Positions 35,930 to 49,630 of a DNA stretch of 64,000 nucleotides are shown in pieces; position 1 is the stretch's first letter, and every line of letters begins with the position of its first letter. The translations under genes were made by a program, and so were the position numbers. The notes below the pieces were generated by a model, which did not search any database, had not been told where the DNA came from, and saw only the letters and a list, made by a program, of their open reading frames with translations. The stretch comes from Octopus bimaculoides (Eukaryota), in the NCBI RefSeq assembly GCF_001194135.2, contig NC_069005.1, positions 19,431,689-19,495,688 on the forward strand, in the 5' to 3' direction.

Positions 35930-38676
35930 GTAAGCTTACTTCCATGATGTTGCTCATTGTTTTTCAGTCAAAAGGTGTTATGTCTGGGTAAGGTACAGAG
36001 AGACATGACAGGGTGATGCTGTAGTAGGATGGTGAGAGGGGGTGCTATGCTAAGAGCAGTAAAGTTGAGCTAGGAGGAAAGACTGAACAGGTAGAAGGAA
36101 GAGGTGATACTTGGGGGAGGAGTGTAGCAGTTTATTGATGGGAAACCAAGGGCTAGGAGGTGAAAGATGGTAGGATAGAGCAATGGAGAGAAAACCGTAG
36201 AGAACTGACAAAACAGAAAATTGAAAAATGAAGAAGAACAAGAAAAATCATTAAAATATATTTTTTTTAAATATATAAAAAAAAATTATAAACGGTGAAC
36301 AGAAAATACAGAAAGTTTTTTTTTTTTTGGGGAATTTTTAAAGTTCAAAAGTTAAAAAGGTTCAAAAGTTTAGAAAGTTTAAAAAGGTCTAGCTGTAGAT
36401 AGACAAATAAATAAATAAATAGATAGAGAGATGGATGGATCCATCCATCCTACTGTTGGCATGTGGTCTGTGTGTAGTCTTGTTGCTTAGATGTCTACAG
36501 ATCTCTGTCACATCCCAGAGATCCTATGTTATCAACACCAATATCTTTTACTCACCAGCTCCCAGCAGGCCACGTATCTCATCCTCACCAATGTTTGTTT
36601 GTCTGGGTAAGGGATATGACTCTGTTCCGTTAGTGACCAATTCTGACAGAAATGGCTTCCATTTTAACAATTGAAGATGTAGCCATGTAACAATCTGATT
36701 ACATGGTCGTTACTACAAATATGACTATAATCCTTATTTTATTTTGCTAGCAGAGCCATGACATTAAATTTTAAAACCATAAAGTAAATTTTAAATACTT
36801 TGGTACTTAGTTTTGGGCACAGGCGTGGCTGTGTGGTAAGAAGCTTGCTTCCCAACCACATATTTCTGGGTTCAGTTTTATTGCATGGCACCTTGGGTAA
36901 ATGTCTTCTATAGTCTCAGGTCAACCAAAGCATTGTGAGTGGATTTGGTAGATGGAAGTTGAAAGAAACCCATTGTATGTGTGTGTGTGTTAACCTACTG
37001 TGTCCAAGGTCCCAGATAAACCTATATCTTGGCAAAAAACTCAAAAGATGGCAGCAGTGTCAAACTCCCTCCTACACCAAAAGCCAATTGCATAAGAATG
37101 GCCACTGGAAAGGTGATTATACTGGTGGTGCCCCAGCTTGGCCACAGCCTTTAGGTTCAAACAAAAAGGAATAGGATTAATGATTATGATGGTGGGGAAG
37201 CATGGATCAATAATGAATGAGAACAACTATTATTGAGACATGAATGCTACTCAGTCTCATTTCTCAGTTCTGTTGCTCTTTCTTCATCATCATCATCATT
37301 TAATGTTCCCTTTTCTATAATGACATGGACTGGACAGTGGACAAGAACTGATGAGCTAGAGGACTGTGCCGAGCTCCACTGTTTGTTTTGGCAAAGTCTT
37401 GTCAACCACTTTACAAGTACAAGTACTTGGTACTTCTTTTCATGGAACTGACAGTGGTGAGCTCATCAAATATTTGCAAGACAAGATCCCTCAACTGAGA
37501 GGTGTGTAGTATTGAGGGACATGAAGTAGAGGAACAGGAGCAGGTGTCTTGTTGAAGAGGTGAATACATAACTTGCCCTCCTGGAAAATGAGAGAGAGAC
37601 TCAGGATAGAGGAACAGAAATGATGGGTATGTAGGTAAATGCTTTAGAGTGAAAAGAGTACAACAAATGATTACAGATGGGGATTGAGATGTATGCTGTG
37701 AATTTATATATTCATCATCTTCCTTAAACGTCCATTTTCCATGCAATCATGGGTTGGATGGTTTGACTGGAGTTGGCAAGCAGGAGAGCTGCACCAGGTC
37801 TAGTCTGATTTGGCTTGGTTTCTACAACTGGATTTCCTTCCTAATACCAACCACTTTACAAGTGTGTGCTGGGTTTGAAACTCTATTATCCTGTTCGTAT
37901 GGTGAGTTGCTGGAAGGATTGTAGTTGGGTCAGTATCTGCATGGTTTTGAATTTTAATTTTATAATGTTTATAGAGCATGGAAAGTTCCAGAGAAATACA
38001 GTTCAGGCAATGTAATGTGAATTTAGGAATACGTTCAGTTGTCTCCCCCTACCGTACTCGTTTTCAAATACAAGAGTAACATTTCTTCAGACGTGCATCA
38101 AAAGGTGCTCTCTTACATTGTACGTCTGCCAAGCATTGTATTTTGCTTGAGTGCTGCATTGGAAATGCTCGATATAACTACACCTCCAGGGCCTTTATAT
38201 TGAAGAATGTAGGCTCAAAACGTAAAGGACTTTCTCACTTCCCCGAGCATCAAACTAATACGCCTGCTTGTTGTTCATGCACCTGTCTTCGTCTTTTGGT
38301 TTTCTGTAAATTTCAACTATATATATGTATGTATATGAGGTTGCATGGCCTAGTGGTTAGTGTGTTTCACTTATGATCACTAGATAATAATTTCAATTCC
38401 TAGACTGGGTGGTGCATTGTGTTCTTGAGCAAAACACTTCATCTCATGTTGCTCTGCGATCACTTCGACACCTGACACGTGGTACACTGTGGACCTGTTC
38501 AGACAATGTCGATTTAATGGAGAGAGAGAGCTAATGTACAGCACATACATTTGATAACTATAAACAAATCATTTGTGTAGGTCATTTGGCAAAAGCTGAA
38601 CGCTCATACGTCGTCTTCAACGGGAGAGTCCATCATATGTATGTATGTATATCTCCTTTCATTACTACATTTCTGT

Positions 38677-38977
38677 GGAGGCGCAATGGCCCAGTGGTTA
38701 GGGCAGCGAACTCGCGGTCATAGGATCACGGTTTCGATTCCCAGACCGGGTGTTGTGAGTGTTTATTGAGCGAAAACACCTAAAGCTCCACAAGGCTCCG
38801 GCAGGGGATGGTGGCGAACCCTGCTGTACTCTTTCACCACAACTTTCTCTCACTCTTACTTCCTGTTTCTGTTGTGCCTGTAATTCAAAGGGTCAGCCTT
38901 GTCACACACTGTGTTACGCTGAATATCCCCGAGAACTACGTTAAGGGTACACGTGTCTGTGGAGTGCTCAGCCACTT
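38677..38977 (+). mobile_element. tRNA-derived SINE with well-preserved Pol III boxes, truncated by gap
   Basis: A box TGGCCCAGTGG (38687-38697) and B box GGTTTCGATTCC (38730-38741); many CpGs retained, suggesting a young copy. Confidence 0.8.
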
Positions 38978-40353
38978 NNNNNNNNNNNNNNNNNNNNNNN
39001 NNNNNNNNNNNNNNNNNNNNNNNNNNNNNNNNNNNNNNNNNNNNNNNNNNNNNNNNNNNNNNNNNNNNNNNNNNNNNNNNNNNNNNNNNNNNNNNNNNNN
39101 NNNNNNNNNNNNNNNNNNNNNNNNNNNNNNNNNNNNNNNNNNNNNNNNNNNNNNNNNNNNNNNNNNNNNNNNNNNNNNNNNNNNNNNNNNNNNNNNNNNN
39201 NNNNNNNNNNNNNNNNNNNNNNNNNNNNNNNNNNNNNNNNNNNNNNNNNNNNNNNNNNNNNNNNNNNNNNNNNNNNNNNNNNNNNNNNNNNNNNNNNNNN
39301 NNNNNNNNNNNNNNNNNNNNNNNNNNNNNNNNNNNNNNNNNNNNNNNNNNNNNNNNNNNNNNNNNNNNNNNNNNNNNNNNNNNNNNNNNNNNNNNNNNNN
39401 NNNNNNNNNNNNNNNNNNNNNNNNNNNNNNNNNNNNNNNNNNNNNNNNNNNNNNNNNNNNNNNNNNNNNNNNNNNNNNNNNNNNNNNNNNNNNNNNNNNN
39501 NNNNNNNNNNNNNNNNNNNNNNNNNNNNNNNNNNNNNNNNNNNNNNNNNNNNNNNNNNNNNNNNNNNNNNNNNNNNNNNNNNNNNNNNNNNNNNNNNNNN
39601 NNNNNNNNNNNCTGACAACTGTTCAGATACCATTCTAAAAACATTTGTAAATAGTCATGTATATTTCTTGAATCACAAAAGTAAGATTTTAATAAATGCT
39701 TTATATTTTTTTTTTAAATAAAACTCGTTGACATTGTTTTGTTATCAATTCTTTTAACTTCATTCATTTTATTGAATATATATTTCTTTCATACTGCATC
39801 CCTCTCTGCTCCATATTTACCTAGCATAATGTTTCTTCTCCCCAGTCAAGGTTTGTAGTCTCACAACCTGCATGGCAACTTCACTAGTGCTGGGGTACAA
39901 AGAAAGGTACCCAGCATGGGGAGGGCATCCAGCTATAGAAATAATACTGAACAAACTCTGGTGCATGATATACCCTAGGTCCACTGGATCCCTACTGTTC
40001 GATCCATACCAGCATCAGACATGGAATTTGAATAATGATGATGGTAATGGAATTGCTGAACCATGGTGTCATTGATTACAAATTTCATATGGGCTAATCA
40101 CTGGTTCACTGCACTTCACATGGTACAAATGACAAGGGAGTATTTGCGAACTGATTCAGAGCAAATATTGCAAAAAACTTATCTTGAAGAGCACACATTT
40201 TACAGTTTTGTCATCAACATACATTAGTGAGAAATACACACAGACACACTCATACACACATTGTGTGTGTGTGTGTGTGTATATGACATTAAATGATGAT
40301 GATATGTGTATGTACCTTTTTCATTTCTGTTTTTTATGTTAGCATGGATTAGT

Positions 40354-40389
<36 letters not shown>

Positions 40390-40900
40390 GATAGACAGAT
40401 CCTTTATATCTTAACCACGTGGATTTAGGTTCAATACCATTGCATAGTACCTTGAGCAAGTGTCTTCTACATTCTGCTATAGCCCTGGGCCAGCCAAAGC
40501 CTTAGTAGACAAAAATAGAAAGAAGCCCATTGCATATATACATAAATGCTTGTGTTTGTCTCTTCTTGATATCACATGATGACACCATCATGCAAGCAGT
40601 CTCCTTTATGGCCAAACTTCCATGGAAACATGCCTGGGTATGGGGAAGTATCACCTTGCTTATGAACAAGTGAAGATTGGTGACAGGAGGGCTCCCTGGT
40701 TGTAGAAAATCTTATCTCAACAAATTCCGTTTGCCTCATGTAATTATAGAAAAGTGGATGTTAAAACGATTTATGTATACAGCATCAGGTGCACAATTTC
40801 CATTCTTTTATCTTGTACTTGTTACAACCATTAGACTGTGGATGTTGGTGTATCTACATCCCCGTAACATAGCAGTTTAGCAAAAGCAACCAATGGAATA

Positions 40901-42475
40901 CACTGTGTCCCACATTATTAGGCAAACCAACCTTCTCTCAATAAATAAATGTATATTCGTTCAAAACCAGTTGTTTTCCCATTGACTGTTGGCAACACCT
41001 ATCTGTGCACATTCTCTTAAAATAAATCAGATCTGCACAAATGCCAACAAAAGGCATCCATGTTTGTGATTGGGCAACATTTTCACCATCACAAATTATT
41101 AAGCAAGTATAATAAAAATAATTGTGTCAGAACAAACATTTATTTAATTCAACAAAAAAGGTTTAACAAAAACTTATTCATAAAGGTAAACATAATAATA
41201 CATTCAAATGAAAATAATCATGGGATTATGATATTATACAGCTCCTAATGTTTGATGTATGATCCTCCACATGCAATAACCTTCCTTGTGCATTAAGTCA
41301 CTGAATTTGTCAAGGTGATGATATCCTCTTGTGTCATGCTTTGAGCAGTGTCTACAATAGCATCCCAGAGGGAAACTTTACTTGAAAACTGCCATCTATC
41401 TTTCAAGTTTCCATCTACCAAATCCACTCACAAGGCTTCAGGACATTCCACAGGTTCTGGATCGGGTTTAATTCAGGGAAACAAGGTGGCCAATCCATCA
41501 AATGACCTCCAGAGAAGCCTGTTTGCTGCAGGTATTCCTTACAATCCTTCACTGCATGAGATGGGGCATTATCATGCATGAAGACCAACTTTCTCTTGAA
41601 TGAAAGTTTTTGCATTTTGAACCATGGCTGGAAATTGTCCTTTAAGAAGGTAACATATGTTTTCAATGTCATCTTAATGCCATCTGGGACTTTACATGGC
41701 CTGACCATCATACCACCAACGATGTCAGCCCAAAACATGACCCCAACCTCCCCTCTGTTGGTGTCTAAAACGATGAGGACAGTTCCTGCTGATTAATACT
41801 CAACCTTTACTTCAGCCATCTGATCTGTGAAGGGTAGCACAGCATTGGTCAGTGAATAGAACTGTTGAAAAGTCTTAATGTATTCTGCCCATTTTAGTGT
41901 CTTCTGCTTGTGAACAGCCTTCAGAGGGGACCTTGTAACAGGTTTAACATTCCTGGATACCTGGTAGTTTTCGATACGTCTTCCCTGCCACGTTTGAAGA
42001 CTTCTCCACTTGTCAGACATGGGTTCCGTACAACCTCCCTTTTTACACAGGACAAAGTATGATTTGAAGCAGCCCTCAACTTACCCTTTTCTGCCCTCGA
42101 CAAGACAGAAATAGGAGATTACACACATTTCTTCACTGTTTGGTGATCTCTTCCCAGTATTTTTGATATTTCTATGGTTGTTTTTCCTTTTTCAAGCTCT
42201 GGTACGATGGTAGACTTCTCATTTGAGGTAAGATCACGTTTCTGACCCATAATGACACTTAAATTGAACACCTGCCAAATAATTTGAGACAGCAGAAATG
42301 TTGCTGCTACACGATAATGGCCACCATTTATTTTTACCTGTTCAGATCCAATTTATTTTAACAATGTGTGCAGATATGTGCTGCCAACAGTCAGTGGGAA
42401 AACAACTAGTTTTGAATGAATATACATTTATTTATTGAGAGAAGGTTGATTTGCCTAATAATGTGGGACGCTGTG
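40901..42475 (-). mobile_element. Tc1/mariner DNA transposon, full-length size (1575 bp), decayed DD34E transposase
   Basis: ~140-bp TIRs (CACTGTGTCCCACATTATTAGGCAAA...), TA on the left and CA (decayed TA) on the right. The transposase starts MGQKRDLTSNEKSTIV at 42250 and has VFMHDNAPSH...DWPPCFPELNPIQNLW; frameshifted. Confidence 0.93.
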
Positions 42476-43446
42476 CATGTACCAGGCTTAAAAAAACAAA
42501 AATAAGTACTGGGGTCAATTCATTTGACTAGAATTCTTCAGAGCAGTGCCCCACCATGGCTGCAGTCTTATGACAGAAACAAGTAAAAAAAAAATAAAGC
42601 AAACAAGAAAAAAAGGTAAAAGATAGTATTTAAAAAAGATAATATCCATTCTACTGGCCAAACTGGAAGAGGGTAGAACTTTTGATTGACTGCAATGAAA
42701 AATGTTTTCCATGGGACTGACTTGAATTAGGGAAATTTCAAGCACCACCTCAGACAGCTACACTAATGATTTCTGTTAGTTTTCATTCTATTCTCTTATT
42801 CTTTTACTTGTTCCAATCATTAGTCTACAGCCATGCTGGGGTATCACCTTGAATTTTAATTGAATTAATCTACCCTAGTACTTAATTTTTTTGCTAAGCC
42901 TGGTATTTATTGTATCAGTATCTTTTGCCGAACCACTAAGTTGCAAGGACATAAACACACCAACTCTGGTTGTCAAATGGTGGTGGGGGATGAACACGTT
43001 TATATATATAGACACATGATGGACTTCTTTTAGTTTCCATCTACCAAATCCATTCACAAGGCTTTGGTCAGTCTGTGGCTATAGTAGAAGACATTTGCCC
43101 AAGGTGTCATGCAGTGGGACTGAACCCAGAATCATGTGGTTGGGAGGCAAGCTTATTATCACATGAGCCTCTACAGCAATGTTTCTTAACTCTTTTAGTT
43201 TCAGTGTCCATTTAAAAGATGTTTGGTTTACCATGAATAGACAAAGTTTGTACCTTGCATGGCTGTGTGGTTATGAAGTTTGCTTCCCAACCAAATGGCT
43301 TCGGGTTCAGTCTTGCTGTGTGATACTTTGGACAAGTGTTTCCTAATATACCCCCAGGCTGACCAAAGACTTCTATATATGTGTGTGTGTGTGTATAAAT
43401 ATATATATCTGTAAATAATAATCATAATATTTCATAAGCTTAAAGC

Positions 43447-43628
43447 TTATAAGCAATCACTGTGCATTGACTAAGGTAAATAGTTTAATACTGGGGCATA
43501 TAAGCCCTTGATGGAAAAAAATAGGGTTTGTCATACGCGTGCTGTAAACTCAACTTTTTTTTCTCAAGGGCTTATGTGCCCCAATATTAGACTATTTACC
43601 TTAGTCAATGCACAGTGATCATTTATAA
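43447..43628. mobile_element. Foldback/MITE-like palindrome
   Basis: 56-bp arms ATCACTGTGCATTGACTAAGGTAAATAGT...GCCCTTGA and its reverse complement with 3 mismatches, extending imperfectly to TTATAA at both ends. Confidence 0.75.
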
Positions 43629-43689
43629 AATATTATTATTATTATTTACAAATTGTAAAATTTGGCATGGCTTACCAAATAATCGCTGA

Positions 43690-43739
<50 letters not shown>

Positions 43740-43751
43740 GTGTGTGTGTGT

Positions 43752-43998
43752 GGAGGCGCATGGCTTAGTGGTTAGGGTGTCAGCATCATGATCGTAAGAT
43801 TGTGGTTTCGATTCCTGGACCGGGCGACGCATTGTGTTCTTGAGGAAAACACTTCATTTCATGTTGCTCCAGTCCACTCAGCTGGCAAAAACGAGTAACG
43901 CTACGATGGACTGGTGTCCCATCCAGCTGGGAAACACATACACCATAGAAACCAGGAAACTGGGCCCATGAGCCTGGCTAGGCTTTAAAAGGGCGCAT
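43752..43998 (+). mobile_element. tRNA-derived SINE with V-domain-like central motif
   Basis: A and B boxes (TGGCTTAGTGG, GGTTTCGATTCC), then GATGGACTGGTGTCCCATCCAG resembling the V-SINE conserved domain; related copies at ~1697 and ~53030. Confidence 0.65.
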
Positions 43999-44008
43999 TT
44001 ATTTTTAT

Positions 44009-44039
<31 letters not shown>

Positions 44040-44216
44040 AGAGATATATATATATTTGATTAATGAGGGAGGTGGAAGATAGAATGTTTATTGATCACTA
44101 CAGTCGTTCCAACCCATCTAGCATTGATTCTTAATGGGTGGGATACTGAACATCTGAGAAAGTGAACATGCTTTACTAGTGAATTACCAGGTCTATACCA
44201 TATGATTTATTAACTA

Positions 44217-44251
<35 letters not shown>

Positions 44252-45082
44252 ATCATCATTTAACGTCTGCCTTCCATGCTGACATGGGTTGGATGGTTTA
44301 ACAAGAGTCAGCCAGGTGGAAGACCACCCCAGGCTACTGTGTCTGTTTTGGCAGGGTTTTTACAGCCGGATGCCCTTCCTAGCACCAACCACTCTGCAGA
44401 GTGGACTGAGTGCTTTTTGCATGACATCAACACAAGTGAGGTCAATTTTGGCATGGTTTTTACAGCTGGATGCCCTTCCAAATGCCAACCACTTTACAGT
44501 GTGGGCTGGATACTTTTTACATGGCACCAGCACTGGCAGGGTCACCAAATAACTTGCAAGACAAGGGGAGGAGAGGATCCTGTGTCAGATGATGAAAGAT
44601 TAGAGTGTGACAGACACAGAGAAGCAGAAACAGGTAGATATATATAAATTGGTGACAGTGGCTTTATCTTGTATCTGAGAATTTAGTTTCTTCTTCGCTG
44701 AATGCTTCCTTTAAAGTGATGGCATTGATTAGTGTAGACCAGTTCTTGCATAGAAGAGTCCATGGCATTGACTTTATGGTAATGTTGGTGGAGGACGAGG
44801 TTGATTTTGTTGAGCCTTTCTCTCCTGTCATTTGATTTCTTCTTTTGCTCTTCTGGCGGCTTCAAAGTTTTTAGTTCTGATGGTGATGGAACACTGTCAC
44901 TTGGTACAGTCTCAGGCTCATGTTTCAAATGGTGTAGGCTGAAGTCCAGTGGTATTCAGTGTTGTTTGAGTTAGTCCTTGTATCTTTGAAGAGGGAACCC
45001 TATGGTCTTTTCCAAAAGGTTGAAAAGTGACATATATATACTTAGGTACTTCTGATGAATACATATATATATATACATACAT

Positions 45083-45129
<47 letters not shown>

Positions 45130-45371
45130 TAAAATCAAAATAAGCAACAAGGATATCCAAAGTTAATGCAGTACGATCGTTTCATGCGACTCCTTAATCA
45201 CCTTATTTTGAAATTGTATGGATAATACCATACTTAATTCTGGTGCCTAAACTTAAGTACTGTGTGGAATTTATAGGATAGTTTAAAAGCACGGGAACCA
45301 GTCAGGTGGCACTGGCAACGACATACACACATAAATATATATGTGTGTGTGTGTGTGTGTGNNNNNNNNNN

Positions 45372-45406
<35 letters not shown>

Positions 45407-46539
45407 TCATCATCATCATCATCGTTTAACATCCGCTTTCCATGCTAGCATGGGTTGGACGATTTGATTGAGGACTGGTGAAACCGGATGGCAACACCAG
45501 GCTCCAATCTAATTTGGCAGAGTTTCTACAGCTGGATGCCCTTCCTAACGCCAACCACTCAGAGAGTGATATATATATATATATATATATACATATACAT
45601 ACATATATAAATACATAACCCTAACCCTATACACATAAATATATACATACACATAAATCTACACATATATAGACATTTATATATATATGTATGTACATAC
45701 ATACATATCGTGGACTCTTCTGTCATGGATGACAGATGAAGGCTCTGCAATTTCTTGTTGAGCAACCTGCATAGATGATTTGTTTATAGCAATCAAATGT
45801 TTGTACTGTAGATTAGCTCATTCTCTCTCCATCAAATTGACATTGTTTGTACATGTGCAAGGTGTGACAGATGTCAGGTGTCAACGTGATTGCAGAGCAA
45901 CATGAAACGAAGTGTTTTACTCAAAAACACAATGCATTAACCAAGCCAGAAAGCAAAAGCAAGATCTCATGACTGTGAATGCAACACCCTCACCACTAGG
46001 CCATGTGCCCTTACAGTACACATACATACACATATGTCAGTGTCTCCTGACTGGCTCCCATGCTGGTGGCACATAAAAGGCACTATCCGAATGTGATCGA
46101 TGCCAGGCCCATCTCACTGGCTCCTGTGCCAGTGGCATGTAAAAAGTATCCACTACCCTCTCGGAGTGGCTGGCATTAGGAAGGGCATCCACCTGTAGAA
46201 ACATTGGTTGATTAGATTGGAGCCTGGTGCAGCCACTGGCTTTCCAGACCTCAGTCAAACTGTCCAACCCATGCCAGTATGGAAAATGGATGCTAAACGA
46301 TGATGATGATGATGATACATACATACATACATGTTAATACAGATATATACATGTACATATACATGTATAACAACTTCAAGTACATGTGCATGTACTTGAA
46401 TATATATTTTTTCTGCTTTTTTCTACTTTTTCCTCCAGTAAATCTAATTGCCTTTCGGACATACACCTTTTTATATACATGAGCAATAGACTTTCTCAAT
46501 GGTAATGCCTTCCCTTTGTATTGCACAAATACAGTTATT

Positions 46540-46787
46540 TTTTCCCCAAATAAATTGCACTTCATATTCGAGGCTCTGATGAAGCTATAGTATGTTATTC
46601 AGACACCCAACTCAGAGTCCCCTTCATCTTATAGCAGAAACAACTGTAAGCTAAAGAAGTTCATAACATAACCATTGTTTTTCATGTCATCTCTTTTTCT
46701 TATTACTGCTCTACTGTTTAACATTTTTTCTGAAACATACATATATTGAGTTCTATACCAGGTTATTAGTCTTGCAATGTCTAAGTG

Positions 46788-46790
<3 letters not shown>
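46540..46790 (+). mobile_element. Penelope-like terminal repeat with hammerhead-like motif, copy 1
   Basis: Similar to 51690-51950; contains GGCT-CTGATGA-A-GCTATA...TATAGC-A-GAA-ACAACTGT-A-AGCT. Confidence 0.6.
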
Positions 46791-46821
<31 letters not shown>

Positions 46822-48099
46822 CGGTTAGTTCTTCGTTGCAGTTGAGGGTCACCAATTGTAACAGTTATTGTTAAGGTGTTGGTTGCCAGTGTGCAAGATG
46901 GAAGAAGAACTGTGAAGTGAAGTTGTAAAGAAATATTTATTTACCGTTACTTTGTATATATCCAAAACCATGACAGGTTGGTATGTATAACTAGTACATG
47001 GAAAAGCATGCGAAGTAAAAAGAATTAATTTCAGCTGGTATGTGTGTACACGATCCCATAGTAGTATATATAGATAGATATGGTCATGTTACAGAGAAAA
47101 GAAAGTGAGTTAGTGAAAGTGAGAGTGGTGGGACGAAACAACTGTTTCGTTGGGAGTTACCATAGTTCTCCCTTTGTGCCTTTTCCTTTAGTGACGGCAT
47201 TTTGTTCAGCCAGTCAGTCAGACTCGATTCTCACTGACTTTGGCTTACGGAGTTCTTGTTTTTATAACTATCCAAAACCAGCCAGATGGATAGACATATT
47301 GTTGAGAACAACAGATTTCGTTGGCGGTCTGTTATCTCTATTCTAGCTTCTGGTGACCTAGAAGTTAGAAGGGTCAAGCAGCAAAGACATTATTCTGCTT
47401 AGCGAAGGCATCTGGCAAATGTAACTGCTGTCACTCACAGAAAAACTATTGTTTTACTGTGAGAAAAGTGCTGTTGAACTGTTAAGTGATATCGAGGACC
47501 GAATCCACGCCATGCCTGCACCCACTACACTCTCAGCGTGGTTGGTGTTAGGAAGGGCATCCAGCTGTAGAAACTCTGCCAGATCAGATTGGAGCCTGGT
47601 GCAGCCATCTAGTTCGCCAGTCCTCAGTCAAATCGTCTAACCCATGCTAGCATGGAAGGTGGAGTTAAACAATAACCAGTAATTAAATAGATATCTATAT
47701 TTCAATTTACCTATAACTGTATCATTTATTCGATCATGAAACTGCATAAAACATACCTATCTTACTCTGAGCTTTCCCTAATTTTTAACAAACTTGAATA
47801 TACTAATATGCTCCACTGTGTGTGTGTATATTTGTACACACACACATATTTAGGTTTACGTATCGTATAAGTGTTTGTAACCACCCTCTACTTCTTGACA
47901 ACCATAGTTGGTTTGTAATTCGGTGGTTCGCAAAAGATACAGATAGAATAAGTATTAAACTTTTTTTTTAAATAAGTACTGGGAACGATTTGTTGAACAG
48001 AAACAGTTTAAGGTGGTGTCCCAGCACGGCTGCAGTCCAATGACTAAAGTAAAATATAAAAGACATTATGGGCTTTACACATTCAAGATGCATTTTTAG

Positions 48100-48601
48100 G
48101 GTTAGACCTGTGCTTCGCAAACATTTTTTTTTTTAGTTATTACTCCCTTTAATTTATTAAAACTTTTTAGGCGGACCCCCATCCGTCCCCGCTATCTTGC
48201 TATGATTTAATAAGATTAAATACAGGACACAAAGAACTCGTTGAAAGAGGTTTAACTCTTTTAAAAGACTTCTTGCGTATATTAATATGGAATATCAATA
48301 GATTTCGACTAAATGATTAACTCCTAGAATAAAAATATAGAGCGATTAAAACAAGCATCTCTCGTACCGGCCCCTTTTGTCTTCCGTACCCATACAAAAT
48401 CTTTCCATTGCCACCCCCACCCTCCCCATGGTCGATACCGCCCGCTCTGGGAAGCATTGGTTTAGACTAAAACATTTGAGATCTTCCGTTTCTCTAAACA
48501 TTGCACATTTTGAAAAGCATTGATTTAGAAACAGAACCTCAAGGTCTACTCCTTCTCTGGCAGTCTCACAGCAACCACAGTTCTACCAGTCGTCACCAAG
48601 C
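48100..48601 (+). promoter_or_regulatory. Probable GUSB promoter / 5' UTR
   Basis: Repeat-free, CpG-retaining stretch (GGCGGACCCCC, CCCCGC, CCGCCCGC) directly upstream of the GUSB ATG. Confidence 0.45.
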
Positions 48602-48823
48602 ATGGCTTCCGTGATGTTCAGTGCTCCGAGTTCTGGCTCTCAGTTTCACTTAGTCATTTATCTACTGGTATATCTTTTTTCTCTGACATTATCTTTAAGA
48701 GTCCAAGACTCGGAGACCCGCCAGGTACGATGCCTCTCTGGTATGTGGAACTTCAGAGCAGATTATTCTGCAAAAAGAACAGAAGGGTTCAAGTCGAAAT
48801 GGTACTCGAAGCCTTTATGGCAG
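48602..48823 (+). CDS. GUSB: Beta-glucuronidase (GH2), coding exon 1
   Basis: Hydrophobic signal-like segment, then DSETRQVRCLSGMWNFRADYSAKRTEGFKSKWYSKPLWQ (cf. [21 protein letters not shown]...GFEEQWYRRPLWE); donor CAG|GTAAGT, phase 0 at the conserved position. Confidence 0.92.
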
Positions 48824-49598
48824 GTAAGTTGACTTGACAACAGTTGTGGTAAATATAGCATAGCAAGCAAATATTAAATTTTTGTTGATAAATTTTTTCT
48901 TCTTTTTCTCATTGGTATAACTAATAATTTTACCTCAGGTAAAGTTGTCGAATATAATAATGATAATAATAATAATAGCTCTTTCTAGCACAACTCCTGA
49001 AACTTTGTAGGGTGGAGCAAGTTGATTACATCAACTTCAGTACTCGACCTGTACTTATTTTATCTACCCCGAAAGGACGAAAGATAATAATAACGATAAT
49101 CAGAGGCTTATCGTATACAGTACAAGGTGCAGTGCATGAACAACACCCTCCGCTACAATGCGGAAGAGACCACATACAAAACAACCTGCTACATTCACTC
49201 AATTTATAAATAAATTATCGTTTTACTTAAGCCATTACCAAGATTAAATAAACTGATTTAATTGCCATTTTGTGGTATGTTTTGTAAACATAAAGCCACA
49301 CACCTTGGAATATTTGTTGATATTTTGGGGTTCCACGCATTTAGTGTAAATAAAACTCTATGAAACGATGAGAGCCTATGATGACAGAGATTAATTAAAT
49401 TAACTTTACTGTTTTTTAGTATATTTTATAAACAATAAAGTCCTTTCTGTTTTGTACTATAAGTCGTTGTTTATGTACAAATTCGACAAGTTTATTATAA
49501 TCTTGCGTGGATTAAGGTTTTTTTTTTTTTATTGATGAGCGACAAAATATTCATAAATATCAATAGTGATGGTTTGCTATGGGGCGGTGGTGAGCACG

Positions 49599-49630
<32 letters not shown>

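Noticed and set aside
38091-38150. TTCTTCAG|ACG TGC... as a candidate RPAIN last exon (TCIKRCSLTLYVCQALYFA*)
   Set aside because: It lacks the conserved CD-hydrophobic ending, and the surrounding sequence looks like a repeat tail.
38677-38750. tRNA gene
   Set aside because: It has A and B boxes but no acceptor-stem closure or T-run terminator, and continues into a SINE body.
45617-45629. Two CCCTAA telomeric units
   Set aside because: Embedded in an (AT/AC)n microsatellite; too short to call an interstitial telomere.
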